A stretch of DNA of 64,000 bases from a virus. Taxonomy: Duplodnaviria > Caudoviricetes. The notes below the pieces were generated by a model. That model was not told the origin of the DNA. It worked only from the letters and a program-made list of their open reading frames with translations, and searched no databases. Within the stretch, counting starts at the first letter, position 1. The number at the start of each line of letters is the position of its first letter. Location: IMG/VR virus record IMGVR_UViG_3300008255_000098; one strand, 5' to 3'. Position numbers and translations under genes: made by a program. Shown in pieces: positions 35,973 to 46,279 of the stretch.

Positions 35973-36161
35973 ATGAAGAGTTGTATTACGGCTAAAAAAC
36001 TTTTACCGTTTACAATAATTTTTTTGTGTATTATATCTGTTGTGTTGTTTATAGTTCTTATTATGGGAACTTCACCACTTGGCATTAGTTTGGTTATCGC
36101 CTTTGCCTTTTCAATCTTGATCGGATCTGCAATAATCGAATTTTTAAGCAGATTTATCTAA
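35973..36161 (+). CDS. small two-TM membrane protein
   Basis: Two hydrophobic segments. Confidence 0.6.
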   Translation: MKSCITAKKLLPFTIIFLCIISVVLFIVLIMGTSPLGISLVIAFAFSILIGSAIIEFLSRFI

Positions 36162-36176
36162 CAAAAGGATTTTTAT

Positions 36177-37292
36177 ATGTCTATGTTTTCAGTGTCCGTA
36201 GAAAAAGTAATAGTAGTTCCGCATCCTCACGCTGACAGACTTGAAGTTGTTCAAATAAATGGATATCAGTGTGTCGTTGGTAAAGACGAGTTCAAATCAG
36301 GAGATATAGTTGCATATATCCCTGAACAAGCCATAATTCCCCAAAATATCTTAGAAGAGATTGGACTTGTTGGCCGTCTTGCAGGGAAAGATAAAAACAG
36401 GGTGAAGTCTACGCAAATTAGAGGAGTTCTTTCCCAGGGAATTGTATATCCTGGCCGAGATTATTGGAAAATTGGCGATGACGTCACAGAAGAACTTGGA
36501 GTAGAAAAGTGGATGCCTCCAGTACCAGCAAAAATGGCTGGAGAAGTTTTTTCGGCCGGTGTCAATAGGACGGTTCACTATGATATTGAAAACTTCAAAA
36601 AATTTCGGAATGTTCTTGTCGATGGCGAACCTGTGGTAATTACAGAAAAAATTCACGGAACATTCTTTTGTGCAGGTGTTATGCCTAATTTTATGGCACA
36701 CCCAGAGTATGGAAAGTTAATTGTTACGAGCAAAGGGCTTGGAGCACGTGGTTTGGCATTTAAATATGATGCTGAAGCTAATGAAAATAATTTGTATGTT
36801 CGAGTTGCCCGGCATTATTCTTTAGAAAATAGGATTACTTCTATTTTCAGAAAGACTTTGTTTCCAACAGGACTTGTTGGCTCTGAAGAAGGTGAACCAG
36901 TGTTTGTCTTGGGAGAAATTTATGGTATACAGGATTTAAAATATGGGGCCAAAGTAGATAAAAATATAGATATCGGATTCAGAGTTTTTGATATCTATAT
37001 AGGAGTTCCTGAGCGAGGGAGATTTTTAAGTGATTCCCAACTTGACAAGGCTTGCGCTGCTCTCGACCTTCCTAGAGTGCCAATAATTTATCGTGGTCCA
37101 TATTCGGCAAATATTCTTCAAGAGCACACAGACGGTCGGGAAACGGTCAGCGGCAAGGATTTACATATACGTGAGGGGATAGTAGTGAGAACGCAGATTG
37201 AGCGCACAGATAGCAAATTAGGAAGAGTTCAACTAAAGAGCGTTAGTGAAAAATATCTTTGCCGCCGTGGCGAAACAACGGAGTATAATTAA
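36177..37292 (+). CDS. RNA ligase, DRB0094 family
   Basis: N-terminal tRNA-binding-like HP.ADRLE; TEKIHGT; GEIYG; FRVFD; REGIVVR; LKSVSE.Y. Confidence 0.92.
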   Translation: MSMFSVSVEKVIVVPHPHADRLEVVQINGYQCVVGKDEFKSGDIVAYIPEQAIIPQNILEEIGLVGRLAGKDKNRVKSTQIRGVLSQGIVYPGRDYWKIGDDVTEELGVEKWMPPVPAKMAGEVFSAGVNRTVHYDIENFKKFRNVLVDGEPVVITEKIHGTFFCAGVMPNFMAHPEYGKLIVTSKGLGARGLAFKYDAEANENNLYVRVARHYSLENRITSIFRKTLFPTGLVGSEEGEPVFVLGEIYGIQDLKYGAKVDKNIDIGFRVFDIYIGVPERGRFLSDSQLDKACAALDLPRVPIIYRGPYSANILQEHTDGRETVSGKDLHIREGIVVRTQIERTDSKLGRVQLKSVSEKYLCRRGETTEYN

Positions 37293-37432
37293 TGGGAGTT
37301 TCTAGAAACTGGTTTGCGTAGAGGTTTTTGAAGACCATACCGTAGACAAAACAATGTTTGCGGCAAAAATATTTTGAAAAATGGAAGTATGAATGGGAAA
37401 CTTATTGTATATCTTGAAAAATTTCCGGGAGA

Positions 37433-38365
37433 ATGAGAGAAAAGATGACTAAAAATTTACAAAGAATGGCCTTTATACCTGAACTTGAAAGCAGGGTAGC
37501 TCTTGAAGAAGATTGGGGGTGTTCAATATTTAATGAGTATAGAAACTCTGGTATCTCTGAAGCAGATGGGCATGGAAAAATAAGTTTTTCTATTGGCGAC
37601 GGTAAAAGTTTTTACGACAGAACTTTTCCAGCTGGAAGTGAATTTCTTGTGAAAAGAATTTACGTAAGAAGCGGTGCCACAGAATATTCTAGCGTTACCT
37701 TAGCGGTAGTGAATACTACAGACCGAAATATTTCCAAGCTCAAAAAAGGTAATAAACTATATTGTAGATTTTGGGTTAAATTAGAAGATTTTAATAACGC
37801 AAAGTTTTTGATCAAACAAGATAAAACTATTTCTAAAACTCCAACGGAACATGCAAACAAGCCTGTAACGCTCGGGAGATACAAAAAGACAAAATCTGCA
37901 AATTATTATGTGAAATTTGTTCACCCTGATCCAGAGTTGTGTTTTGCTGGTAAGGTTAGCGGATTTAGAAATACAAAAAAATTTCTAGGAGAGCGGTGTC
38001 CAGATCTTGTCGCCGCTGGATGGGCAGAAAAAATAACAACTCAAACACATAATGATTCTTTATTCCCTTTTGTCAGCAGAACTGTAAATTATTATTCTTA
38101 TACACCCAAAAAGATTTTTTCAACGACTATTCCTGATGACTGGGAAGAAAACCACAAAACTGAAAAGTACAGAGTAGAAAAACTCAGTAATTGGATGAAA
38201 TATCAAAAATATTTTTGTTATGACCACCCACTAAATGACGAAATTTTCATTCCCACAGACAAAGCAGAGCGAGTAAAACTTGGACTTCTTACTGATAAAT
38301 CGGAGTTAATTGATGTACCATTGGCTGGGGGGAAACTATCTATTTTTGACATAGAATTGAGGTAA
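37433..38365 (+). CDS. hypothetical protein
   Basis: 310-aa ORF. Confidence 0.75.
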   Translation: MREKMTKNLQRMAFIPELESRVALEEDWGCSIFNEYRNSGISEADGHGKISFSIGDGKSFYDRTFPAGSEFLVKRIYVRSGATEYSSVTLAVVNTTDRNISKLKKGNKLYCRFWVKLEDFNNAKFLIKQDKTISKTPTEHANKPVTLGRYKKTKSANYYVKFVHPDPELCFAGKVSGFRNTKKFLGERCPDLVAAGWAEKITTQTHNDSLFPFVSRTVNYYSYTPKKIFSTTIPDDWEENHKTEKYRVEKLSNWMKYQKYFCYDHPLNDEIFIPTDKAERVKLGLLTDKSELIDVPLAGGKLSIFDIELR

Positions 38366-38366
38366 A

Positions 38367-38813
38367 GTGCGTTTTATGAGCAAAAAAAAGTTAGCCGGTA
38401 TAGAAAAAGAAGCACGTTCAGCATGTATGATTGTGTTAAATCCGAGTGGCGATGGGTCTATTTTAGCCATTACTAGGAAACAGGAATATGACAATATTGG
38501 TCTTCCAGGCGGAAAAATAGATACTGCCCTGGGGGAAAACTCTGCGGATGGTGCTGTCAGAGAGTGTTTTGAGGAGACAGGAATACTTGTAGACAAAACT
38601 ACTATTGTTCCAGTTGTGTGTCAGTTAGCTAAAACTTTAGTTTGTGTTACATATTTTGCGCCTAATATTATTGGTGGGAAACTTTTACCCGCAAATAAAG
38701 AGGGTACCCCAATGTGGGTTCACCCGCATATGTTGTTAAAAGATACTTGTGCGTACAAAAAATACAATATAGCAGTGTTTGAAAAGTTGATGAGTAAAAG
38801 TATTTTGTTTTGA
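38367..38813 (+). CDS. Nudix hydrolase
   Basis: GLPGGKID...GE....GAVRECFEETG. Confidence 0.9.
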   Translation: MRFMSKKKLAGIEKEARSACMIVLNPSGDGSILAITRKQEYDNIGLPGGKIDTALGENSADGAVRECFEETGILVDKTTIVPVVCQLAKTLVCVTYFAPNIIGGKLLPANKEGTPMWVHPHMLLKDTCAYKKYNIAVFEKLMSKSILF

Positions 38814-38990
38814 ATGCAAAGCAGATAACGTGAACAAACACTTGTGAACTTTGTTATACCAGGTATAACATTGGAGAAATATCTAGTTCACTATGCTGCG
38901 AAATTGGTGGGAAAATATTTTAGGAAATAGAACTATTAATAATTGAGTAATTACAGGGTGTTAGGAACCTATTTACTTTTGTAGCTGTAA

Positions 38991-39437
38991 ATGCCTGCAA
39001 AAAAACACACTGAACTCAAATATAAACCATTTGTTGGACGAATGTTTTCCATTCGTAAACATAAAACAATTACTGGATATCCTGTTACTCCAAATGTAAA
39101 TCGTACAAAATATACTCACAAAGACTTTGGAGATATTGTTTTAATTTTTGATGAAACAAATACCCAAGTTAGGGTTACAGACCGAAATGGAAAAGTTGTC
39201 TGGATCCCAAAATTTTTCCTCCTTAGCGAAATTAAAAATAGTCAATTTCAAAAAATTGATACTATTACTGAGTTTGTAAACAAATTTATTTCTTTATCTG
39301 TGGATGCTAAAGTTTTATTAGACAATGATATCGTAGATAAAAAAGAGCTATCTGATGTTCTAAATAAGTTAGAAGAAGAAATAAATAACCTTAGAAATTT
39401 TGCTGACGATTATAATCCAACATGTAAAAACAATTAG
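38991..39437 (+). CDS. hypothetical protein
   Basis: ORF. Confidence 0.7.
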   Translation: MPAKKHTELKYKPFVGRMFSIRKHKTITGYPVTPNVNRTKYTHKDFGDIVLIFDETNTQVRVTDRNGKVVWIPKFFLLSEIKNSQFQKIDTITEFVNKFISLSVDAKVLLDNDIVDKKELSDVLNKLEEEINNLRNFADDYNPTCKNN

Positions 39438-39491
39438 GTGTGAAAATTTATTAAAATTTTGTATCATCTTATTGAATAAGTAAGGATAAGT

Positions 39492-39686
39492 ATGGAAATT
39501 ATAAAGGTGTTAGATAAACTAGCAATAACGCTAACCCCAATAAACATTGTAGCGACAATACACATTGCTGGATATTGTTTCGCTATCGGGCACTATGTAA
39601 TTGGGACATTATTATTATTCAATATACTAATAATGACAAACACATACAAAAATTCGTTGCACATTGTGGAATCAGCACAAAAGTGA
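39492..39686 (+). CDS. small membrane protein
   Basis: Hydrophobic segments; AAGGA RBS. Confidence 0.6.
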   Translation: MEIIKVLDKLAITLTPINIVATIHIAGYCFAIGHYVIGTLLLFNILIMTNTYKNSLHIVESAQK

Positions 39687-39695
39687 GATTAAATT

Positions 39696-40253
39696 ATGAC
39701 TTCTGGGAATGACAATAATTCAGCAGCACCATTTGACTTACAAATTTTATCACAAATTGCAAAAATGCCTGGTGGAGAGTCTTTTTTGTATAACAATCTT
39801 TGTGGTCGAGTAGGAATTGTTCTGAGTAAAGCTCATGTATGGGAAGGTCTAAAATTTAGTCTACTTCCTGCATCTGCGGGCAAAACTTGTTTATTTACTG
39901 CAAATTTAGTTTCTCATACTCACGGTCCTTCGCCATGGATGCCCGGTGAGGTAAATTTGTTTTTAGACGGGAAAAAACTTAGCATATCACGCAAAGAAAT
40001 AATGTTAATAAATCCAAATAAAAATTTGTTAAATCTTTCTTTTGTTTTTACTGGAATTATGCCCTATGAAAGAAACTTTTACAAAACCGTAACGGTATTA
40101 AAAGGTGGAAAATATAAAAATCAAATGTCAAAAAAAGTAGATTTTTTGGTCACTAACCAGCCTGCTGCAACAGGCAAATATTCTAAAGCTTTAGAATACG
40201 GTGTCCCAATAATTACCGAAAGTAAGTTCATGGCACTGGCCAGAAAAATCTAG
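39696..40253 (+). CDS. protein with C-terminal BRCT domain
   Basis: FVFTG......GG.....SKKVDFLV......KY.KA..YGVPII.E..F. Confidence 0.85.
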   Translation: MTSGNDNNSAAPFDLQILSQIAKMPGGESFLYNNLCGRVGIVLSKAHVWEGLKFSLLPASAGKTCLFTANLVSHTHGPSPWMPGEVNLFLDGKKLSISRKEIMLINPNKNLLNLSFVFTGIMPYERNFYKTVTVLKGGKYKNQMSKKVDFLVTNQPAATGKYSKALEYGVPIITESKFMALARKI

Positions 40254-40295
40254 TCAAATAAGTTCAAAAACCTGTAAACGTGTGGTATACCGGGA

Positions 40296-40526
40296 ATGAC
40301 AAAACTCGGAGATGCACTCATGACGATTACGTACGACTACTTTTGCAATGACTGTGAAAAAGAGTTCACAGCTGAACAATCCATTAAAGATGAACCACTG
40401 ACCAAGTGTCTTATTTGTGAAGGTAATGATGTCTTTCGCCTTCTTAGTAAAGATAGTACCTTTATATTAAAAGGCAGTGGTTGGTTTTCTGACCTTTATT
40501 CAACTCCAACAAATAAAAAAGAATAG
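40296..40526 (+). CDS. FmdB-family zinc ribbon protein
   Basis: YDYFC..C.....C..C...F.LKGSGWF.D.Y. Confidence 0.88.
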   Translation: MTKLGDALMTITYDYFCNDCEKEFTAEQSIKDEPLTKCLICEGNDVFRLLSKDSTFILKGSGWFSDLYSTPTNKKE

Positions 40527-40530
40527 TAAA

Positions 40531-41823
40531 ATGTTTAATCCTACACACAATACAAGTCAATGTATTCATATGTCTCCAGGCAATAAGGTATCTATTGCTG
40601 GAAGAGTTGTATATTTTCGTAAGCACGGCGGGGTGTCTTTCGGAAAGGTTATAGACCAACACGGCAGCATCCAATTTTGTGTACGAAAGGCCGAAACACC
40701 AGAACGGTATTTAGACTGGCGTAGTGAAATCAAGATAGGAGATATTGTTTATATTTCTGGGGAAACTTGGATTTCAGCCAGTGAAGAAAAGAGCGTATTG
40801 GTTACAGAAGATTTACAAATTTTACGACATTCCACACATCCTTTCCCGAACAAGGCAACAGGAATTGTGGACCCTGAAATAAAGATTCGTAAGAGGTATT
40901 TAGATATTATTACCAACCCCGAAGTTAAGAAGGTGTTTCAAACACGCTCTAAGATTGTATCTGAGATTCGTAGGTTTCTAGAGAGTTATGACTTTATGGA
41001 AATTGAAACGCCTGTGTTGCAAGTAAATGCATCAGGCGCTCAGGCAAAGCCGTTTTCAACGCACCACAATGCATATGATTCGGACATGTATTTGCGTATT
41101 GCCCCTGAAACTTATTTAAAGCGTGCAGTAGCGGCATCTTTTGATCGAGTGTACGAAATTGGAAAGAACTTTCGTAACGAAGGTGTTGATAGTGCTCATT
41201 TGCCCGAATTTACATCGGTAGAATTTTATGCAGCTTATTGGGACTATAAGGATAACCTAAAGTTATTTCGAGAAATGTTGGCAGCGTTGCTGGAAACGGC
41301 GGGTCATGGTGGTGGTACTGTCGTGTTCCAAGATTCTATATATAATTTTAATGACATTGAATGTGTAACTTTTGAAGAGATTTTTCAAAAGTATGTCGGA
41401 AAGTCAACCGCAGAATTCCAAAACAAGGAAATTGATACAATTTTCAAGGAAAGGGTTCGTCCAAACCTTATACAGCCTATCTTTGTTTTGGACTATCCAG
41501 CATATATGAGCCCGCTTGCTCAACGGAGTCAGGATGGAAAGACGGTGGAACAATGGCAATTTATTGTAGGAGGGGCAGAGCTAGTAAAGTGTTATACTGA
41601 GTTGACTGACCCAATTTTACAAAGAAAGCTCCTAGAAGAACAGGTTGCCCAACGTGTTGGCGGCGATGACGAGGCTATGATGCTTGAAGAAGATTTTTTG
41701 GAAATGCTCGAATATGGCTGCCCGCCATGTAGTGGTCTTGGTCTTGGTATTGATAGGTTGGTGGCTCTCTTGACTAACCAAACATCCCTGCGGGATGTTG
41801 TACTTTTCCCCACAGTGTTCTAA
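40531..41823 (+). CDS. lysS: lysyl-tRNA synthetase (class II)
   Basis: R.RYLD, GA.AKPF.THHN, YLRIAPE.YLKR, FRNEG....H.PEF, GLGLGIDRL. Confidence 0.96.
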   Translation: MFNPTHNTSQCIHMSPGNKVSIAGRVVYFRKHGGVSFGKVIDQHGSIQFCVRKAETPERYLDWRSEIKIGDIVYISGETWISASEEKSVLVTEDLQILRHSTHPFPNKATGIVDPEIKIRKRYLDIITNPEVKKVFQTRSKIVSEIRRFLESYDFMEIETPVLQVNASGAQAKPFSTHHNAYDSDMYLRIAPETYLKRAVAASFDRVYEIGKNFRNEGVDSAHLPEFTSVEFYAAYWDYKDNLKLFREMLAALLETAGHGGGTVVFQDSIYNFNDIECVTFEEIFQKYVGKSTAEFQNKEIDTIFKERVRPNLIQPIFVLDYPAYMSPLAQRSQDGKTVEQWQFIVGGAELVKCYTELTDPILQRKLLEEQVAQRVGGDDEAMMLEEDFLEMLEYGCPPCSGLGLGIDRLVALLTNQTSLRDVVLFPTVF

Positions 41824-41996
41824 GCAAAATAGTAAGTTACTATGAAAAAATAAATGTACAATATTCCAGTTCCAGCTCAGAATTTTTACCGATTTGAGCA
41901 CAAAAAATAGCTTTTTTAAAGAATGCGGTATACTTTTTTCAAAAAAATGTTACAACAAATTAGTCATTAGTCAATTTTAATTAGAAAGTCATTATA

Positions 41997-42569
41997 ATGA
42001 AGAAATATTTTTTGTTCGATTGTGAAACTGGCGGAATTGATAGGAATACAAGTTTATTAACACTGTTTGGAATGATTTTAGATGAAAAACTAACAGTACA
42101 AGATACGATTAGTCTTAAAATTAAGCCAGATGACGGTGTTTATCATGTTAAAGCAGCCGGGCTCAAAGTCAACAAAATTAATTTAGTTGAACACGAAAAA
42201 GAAGCCACAACAGCTACGGAAGCAGCAAGAGAATTTGAAAACTTTATTTGTAAACACTCTTTAGGAGAAACAAAACTAATTCCTACCGGACATAATCTTT
42301 CATTAGATGTTGAATTTTGCAAGAGGAACTTCTTACGAGGAGACCAAGATGAAGGTGGAGGCTGGGATAAATTCTTCTCATATCGCAGTTTAGATACTGC
42401 GACTTTAGCACATGGACTAATTTTAGCTGGCAAATTACCAGAAGATTTAGATTGCAGTCTGTCGTCATTAGCAAAATACTTTGAGATTGACTATTCAGGC
42501 GCACATAATGCAGAATTTGATGCTAAGCTTACTTTGGCGATTTTAATATTTCTTATTAAACTTATGTAA
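41997..42569 (+). CDS. DEDDh 3'-5' exonuclease
   Basis: FDCETGG, GHN..LD, SLDT, AHNAEFD. Confidence 0.9.
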   Translation: MKKYFLFDCETGGIDRNTSLLTLFGMILDEKLTVQDTISLKIKPDDGVYHVKAAGLKVNKINLVEHEKEATTATEAAREFENFICKHSLGETKLIPTGHNLSLDVEFCKRNFLRGDQDEGGGWDKFFSYRSLDTATLAHGLILAGKLPEDLDCSLSSLAKYFEIDYSGAHNAEFDAKLTLAILIFLIKLM

Positions 42570-42602
42570 AATGACTGCCTATACTTATTTAAAGGAAAAT
42601 AT

Positions 42603-43286
42603 ATGAAATATCTTGTAGACGTCGATTCTAGAATAAACTTGGTAGAACCTGAAAAAAATATTGCAGCACCAGGATTTGTGGTATTTAGTGGTCCTTTTAC
42701 TGAGGACAGTGCAAAAAAGTTTCGTGAAGAGTTAGAGTCTGCTGAAGCGCACAGCAAACGCTCTGGACAAGAGATTATCCCTTTGGTAATTGATTCTTTT
42801 GGTGGTGGTGCATATGCGTTATTGTCAATGGTGGATACAATCAAAAATTGTAGTTTACCTGTCGCTACTATTGTAGAAGGAAAGGCGATGTCTTGTGGAG
42901 CAATATTGTTTTCTTGCGGCGCTGAGGGCCACAGATATGTTGGTCCTAATGCAACGGTTTTGATTCACGATGTAGCTTCTTTCGCCCATGGTAAAGAACC
43001 AGAAATTCGTGCTAGTGCAAATGAAGTAGACCGACTTAATAAAATTGTTTATAAACTTCTTGCGGAAAATTGTGGTCATGAAGAAAACTATTTTTATGAC
43101 ATTGTTGCAAACCATCGAGGTGCCGATATGTTTTTATCACCTGAAGATTGTGTTAAACACAATCTTTCCAATCACATTGGCATACCAGAAATAAATGTAT
43201 CTATCAAAATGGATTATAGTTTTGGTCTTCCAGAACGAGTCGAGGTGAAGAAAAACAAAAACAAGAAAAAAAATAAAAACAAGTAA
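42603..43286 (+). CDS. clpP: ClpP-like protease
   Basis: IDSFGG, GKAMSCGA.LFS.G..G.RY..PNA.VLIH. Confidence 0.85.
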   Translation: MKYLVDVDSRINLVEPEKNIAAPGFVVFSGPFTEDSAKKFREELESAEAHSKRSGQEIIPLVIDSFGGGAYALLSMVDTIKNCSLPVATIVEGKAMSCGAILFSCGAEGHRYVGPNATVLIHDVASFAHGKEPEIRASANEVDRLNKIVYKLLAENCGHEENYFYDIVANHRGADMFLSPEDCVKHNLSNHIGIPEINVSIKMDYSFGLPERVEVKKNKNKKKNKNK

Positions 43287-43316
43287 TCTTGGTTGTGTTA
43301 ATATTTATTAAAACAA

Positions 43317-43643
43317 ATGGCAGCAAATAGAAATACTGGTGATTGGGTAAAGGGTGATTTACTAAAAATTACTCATAGCCATATAATTTGTCCTGCGGAT
43401 ATAGACGGTATTTGGCCAAATGTTTATTCCAGTGAGGCTTTTACGGGGACAAATGATAAAACTATTTTGGAAGGCAAAATAGTTTTAGCTTTAGATTCAA
43501 AACCTCGGCTCGGACAAGCGTCAAGCGTTAGAGTAATCCACGATGGAAGTATTTGGGTAGTTAATTCCAATTATGCAGAAAGAACTTGGGCCGCTAAAGA
43601 ACAGGAAAAAATATGTACTATTGTAAATCAGGAGATTTGCTAA
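43317..43643 (+). CDS. hypothetical protein (small beta-rich family)
   Basis: KGDLLKI. Confidence 0.65.
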   Translation: MAANRNTGDWVKGDLLKITHSHIICPADIDGIWPNVYSSEAFTGTNDKTILEGKIVLALDSKPRLGQASSVRVIHDGSIWVVNSNYAERTWAAKEQEKICTIVNQEIC

Positions 43644-43879
43644 AAATAAATGCATTAGTTTTCAAAAATGCGGCTAAGTTTTTTAAGTTTGCTAGAATTG
43701 CTCCTTTTGTTAATGCTTTACATAATGGAGAGATGGTAGAAATACCCCACGGAGACCTAGTATTATCGTTAGAAAGCTCGGTTCCACCATGGTATGAAGA
43801 AGAATATATATTATGTTTATGGAGCGAGCAAAAGGTCCATATTCCCAGAAAAGCCTTAGAACACTTTAATAAAGCCTAG
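43613..43879 (+). CDS. hypothetical protein (small beta-rich family)
   Basis: SGDLLKI; CLWSEQKV. Confidence 0.65.
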   Translation: MYYCKSGDLLKINALVFKNAAKFFKFARIAPFVNALHNGEMVEIPHGDLVLSLESSVPPWYEEEYILCLWSEQKVHIPRKALEHFNKA

Positions 43880-43974
43880 AGCTTAAAACTAATTTAGGTT
43901 CAGAACTACTACAAATTGTGCTACACTGTAGATTATAGGGAAAACACTAAACTCTAAAATAATTTACAAGGAAT

Positions 43975-44403
43975 ATGCATAAACATCTTAAAGCAGCAGC
44001 CCGCTTGGCCCACGACCACGAGTTTGACGCAGGTCTGGAATATTACCTTTGCGCAATTATTGTCAAGGGTGGAAATGTATTGAGTGTTGGATACAACAAA
44101 AAGGCCACAAATTCCTTTGTAGAATATTTTGCGGACCTAGCCCGAGGAAAGCGAGATTATTGTATGTCCACACACGCAGAGCAGGACGCAATTTTACAAG
44201 CACGCTCTAAAATTGACCTTAGTGGTACGAAAATGTACGTTGTAAGGATAAAGCCATCTGGTGGTCTTGGTTTGGCAAAGCCTTGCATTATTTGTGAGCA
44301 GGCAATCTATAATTATGGAATTAGCCGTGTTTACTATTCTATCGGTACAGAAGAATATGGTGTACTCAAAGTAACCGACCCAGCGGGGAAAATAAATGTT
44401 TGA
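43975..44403 (+). CDS. zinc-dependent nucleoside/tRNA deaminase-like protein
   Basis: HAE and PCxxC. Confidence 0.85.
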   Translation: MHKHLKAAARLAHDHEFDAGLEYYLCAIIVKGGNVLSVGYNKKATNSFVEYFADLARGKRDYCMSTHAEQDAILQARSKIDLSGTKMYVVRIKPSGGLGLAKPCIICEQAIYNYGISRVYYSIGTEEYGVLKVTDPAGKINV

Positions 44404-44634
44404 TTTGACAAAAATTTGTTTGCGCTGTGGGTTTGAAAAAAGTTTACCATGCCACAGTAGGTGTGTAAGAGAAGCTGGTTATTGTGGCAAGCTCAAAATC
44501 AAAGGTTGGGTAAGAGTTCTAACGCCCCCTGGCTATTTGGTTTTATAAAGAGTTTGCCTCCCCTCGAAAGGGTAATTTTGCAGTGTATCTCTTACGAAGA
44601 ATTTTCCGAGGCCCAACAAATTTTGCTTTTTTTG

Positions 44635-44659
44635 TTGTGAGTGGATAGTCCACTCACAA
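44635..44659. terminator. strong hairpin
   Basis: TTGTGAGTGGA-TAG-TCCACTCACAA. Confidence 0.6.
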
Positions 44660-44758
44660 GCCGTTTAACAACCAAATAAATCAAGAATAGAAAAATACAA
44701 TGATGGAACTTATATCGAAAATATTTGAATATGGATCTTCCGCAATAGAAATAATTGG

Positions 44759-45022
44759 GTGTATTTGTGTCACACTTATAGTTATATTATTTACAGTAGC
44801 TACGTCAATATTTGTTTGGCTATTTTTGATGTCTATGTCTCAGTTATGACAAAAATTGATTCTACACGGCCACCTGATTTTGATAAACAAATAATTCGGG
44901 GTAGAGAAATTTTAGAACAAAAAAGAAATAGAATTAGGCAATATCAAAAAAAAGTGGAGTTTGCTGATATGGCTTTTGTTGCTATCATTGTATTAGTAAT
45001 CATTATTACCCTATTATTTTAA
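44759..45022 (+). CDS. small protein with C-terminal TM helix
   Basis: ORF; probable start MTKIDS. Confidence 0.55.
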   Translation: MYLCHTYSYIIYSSYVNICLAIFDVYVSVMTKIDSTRPPDFDKQIIRGREILEQKRNRIRQYQKKVEFADMAFVAIIVLVIIITLLF

Positions 45023-45025
45023 TAA

Positions 45026-45310
45026 ATGTCCACAATTTTCAAATTGACAAGTCAATTAGAGGAAAATACCACTGTTGTATGGTTTAACTCAAAACTATTA
45101 CATCATGCAAAATATTTTTATCTTTATGACCATTTAGAAGTTGAACTACAAAATGGTGATGAATTTCTTATTAGAAATATTTCGCTCCAAACTTGGAATG
45201 ATTTTAGTCAGTCAAAAAATCCAGATAACTTTTGGTACTCTATATTGTTCCCAAACAAATCAACCGTTCTAGTAAATGCTGCTGAAATACACGCTATTAA
45301 TAAATTATGA
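45026..45310 (+). CDS. KTSC-like domain protein
   Basis: S.LL..AKY....LEVEL.NG..F....I....W.DF..S. Confidence 0.6.
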   Translation: MSTIFKLTSQLEENTTVVWFNSKLLHHAKYFYLYDHLEVELQNGDEFLIRNISLQTWNDFSQSKNPDNFWYSILFPNKSTVLVNAAEIHAINKL

Positions 45311-45594
45311 ATAAAAAATCAAAATCAAAAGGTAAACGGGCAATAGGAAAAAGCCTAAATGCCAAATTCGATTATAAGAAACTCAAGAAAATTTCTAAGA
45401 AGCAAGGCTCTAACATTTTTATTTGTGAGTCACATGCTCACTGTCCAGACGCTTGTGGAGCACGTTTCAACTCGTTCTCGGGTTCTGTAACATGTCCGAA
45501 TTGCGGCAACCAATATTGTCGTTGGGAAAATTATAAAGAACCAGAAAAGCCTCTTTCGAACTCATCGAAAGAGGCTTCTGTCGTGCGTTCTTAA
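45307..45594 (+). CDS. hypothetical zinc-binding protein
   Basis: Two CxxC-type motifs. Confidence 0.65.
   Translation: MNKKSKSKGKRAIGKSLNAKFDYKKLKKISKKQGSNIFICESHAHCPDACGARFNSFSGSVTCPNCGNQYCRWENYKEPEKPLSNSSKEASVVRS
45547..45577. terminator. 13-bp hairpin near convergent junction
   Basis: AAGCCTCTTTCGA-ACTCA-TCGAAAGAGGCTT. Confidence 0.6.
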
Positions 45595-45790
45595 TTTATT
45601 TGGTTGTCAGGCAGCGTGTAAGTAACCAGACAACAAGTTTTGTGCCAACTATTCAAAAGCAACATCACGTTGTTTTGTTATGTTGGGTTTTTGTATAGCG
45701 GCTCAAAAACCAGTAAAGGTTTTTAATTCTTCTTGACCATTTGCTAATGCAAAAACACGAAGGTAAACTACTTTTAACATTACGGCCAGT

Positions 45791-46090
45791 TTAATCATCA
45801 TGTCTCGCTAGTTGTCTTTCAATTTCGTGAACTGGACCATCTTCTAGTTTTGCCATTGTATATAAAATTGCTTTAATACCAAGGTGTTTTTGAGATAGTA
45901 CTATAATTTCGCTAGGTGTAATGTCGCTTAACTTTGTGTCAGTATGAGCGATAATTTCTTTGCTTAGAGCATTTTGCAATGCTCGGTGAGCCATATCAAG
46001 GTAGATTTTTGCCTCGACAAGCAAATCATATGCCTCCTGCTCAGTAAATTTTACTTTTACAGGGGTTCCAACTACTCTTGTTTTTTTCAT
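45791..46090 (-). CDS. hypothetical protein
   Basis: Minus-strand ORF with AGGA RBS. Confidence 0.65.
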   Translation of the reverse strand: MKKTRVVGTPVKVKFTEQEAYDLLVEAKIYLDMAHRALQNALSKEIIAHTDTKLSDITPSEIIVLSQKHLGIKAILYTMAKLEDGPVHEIERQLARHDD

Positions 46091-46230
46091 GGTTTTCTTT
46101 CCTAAATAATGGCATTCGTAGAATACTGTGATTTCACCAGTATACCACGTTTCTGCTATATTATAAACCTCTTTTTCCCTGGACCCTAATTTTTGGTGGG
46201 ATAACGTACAAAATTTCTGTGATAAATAGG

Positions 46231-46259
46231 TTCACATAGCAAGTAATTTGTGTTATCCT
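46231..46259 (+). promoter_or_regulatory. sigma70-like promoter with extended -10
   Basis: TTCACA-17 nt-TATCCT; same pattern at 46615-46643. Confidence 0.55.
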
Positions 46260-46279
46260 AGGAATAGGAGAAAATCACT

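Noticed and set aside
44400-44760. Possible ncRNA in the gap after the deaminase
   Set aside because: Only one strong hairpin; the rest looks like a decayed ORF.
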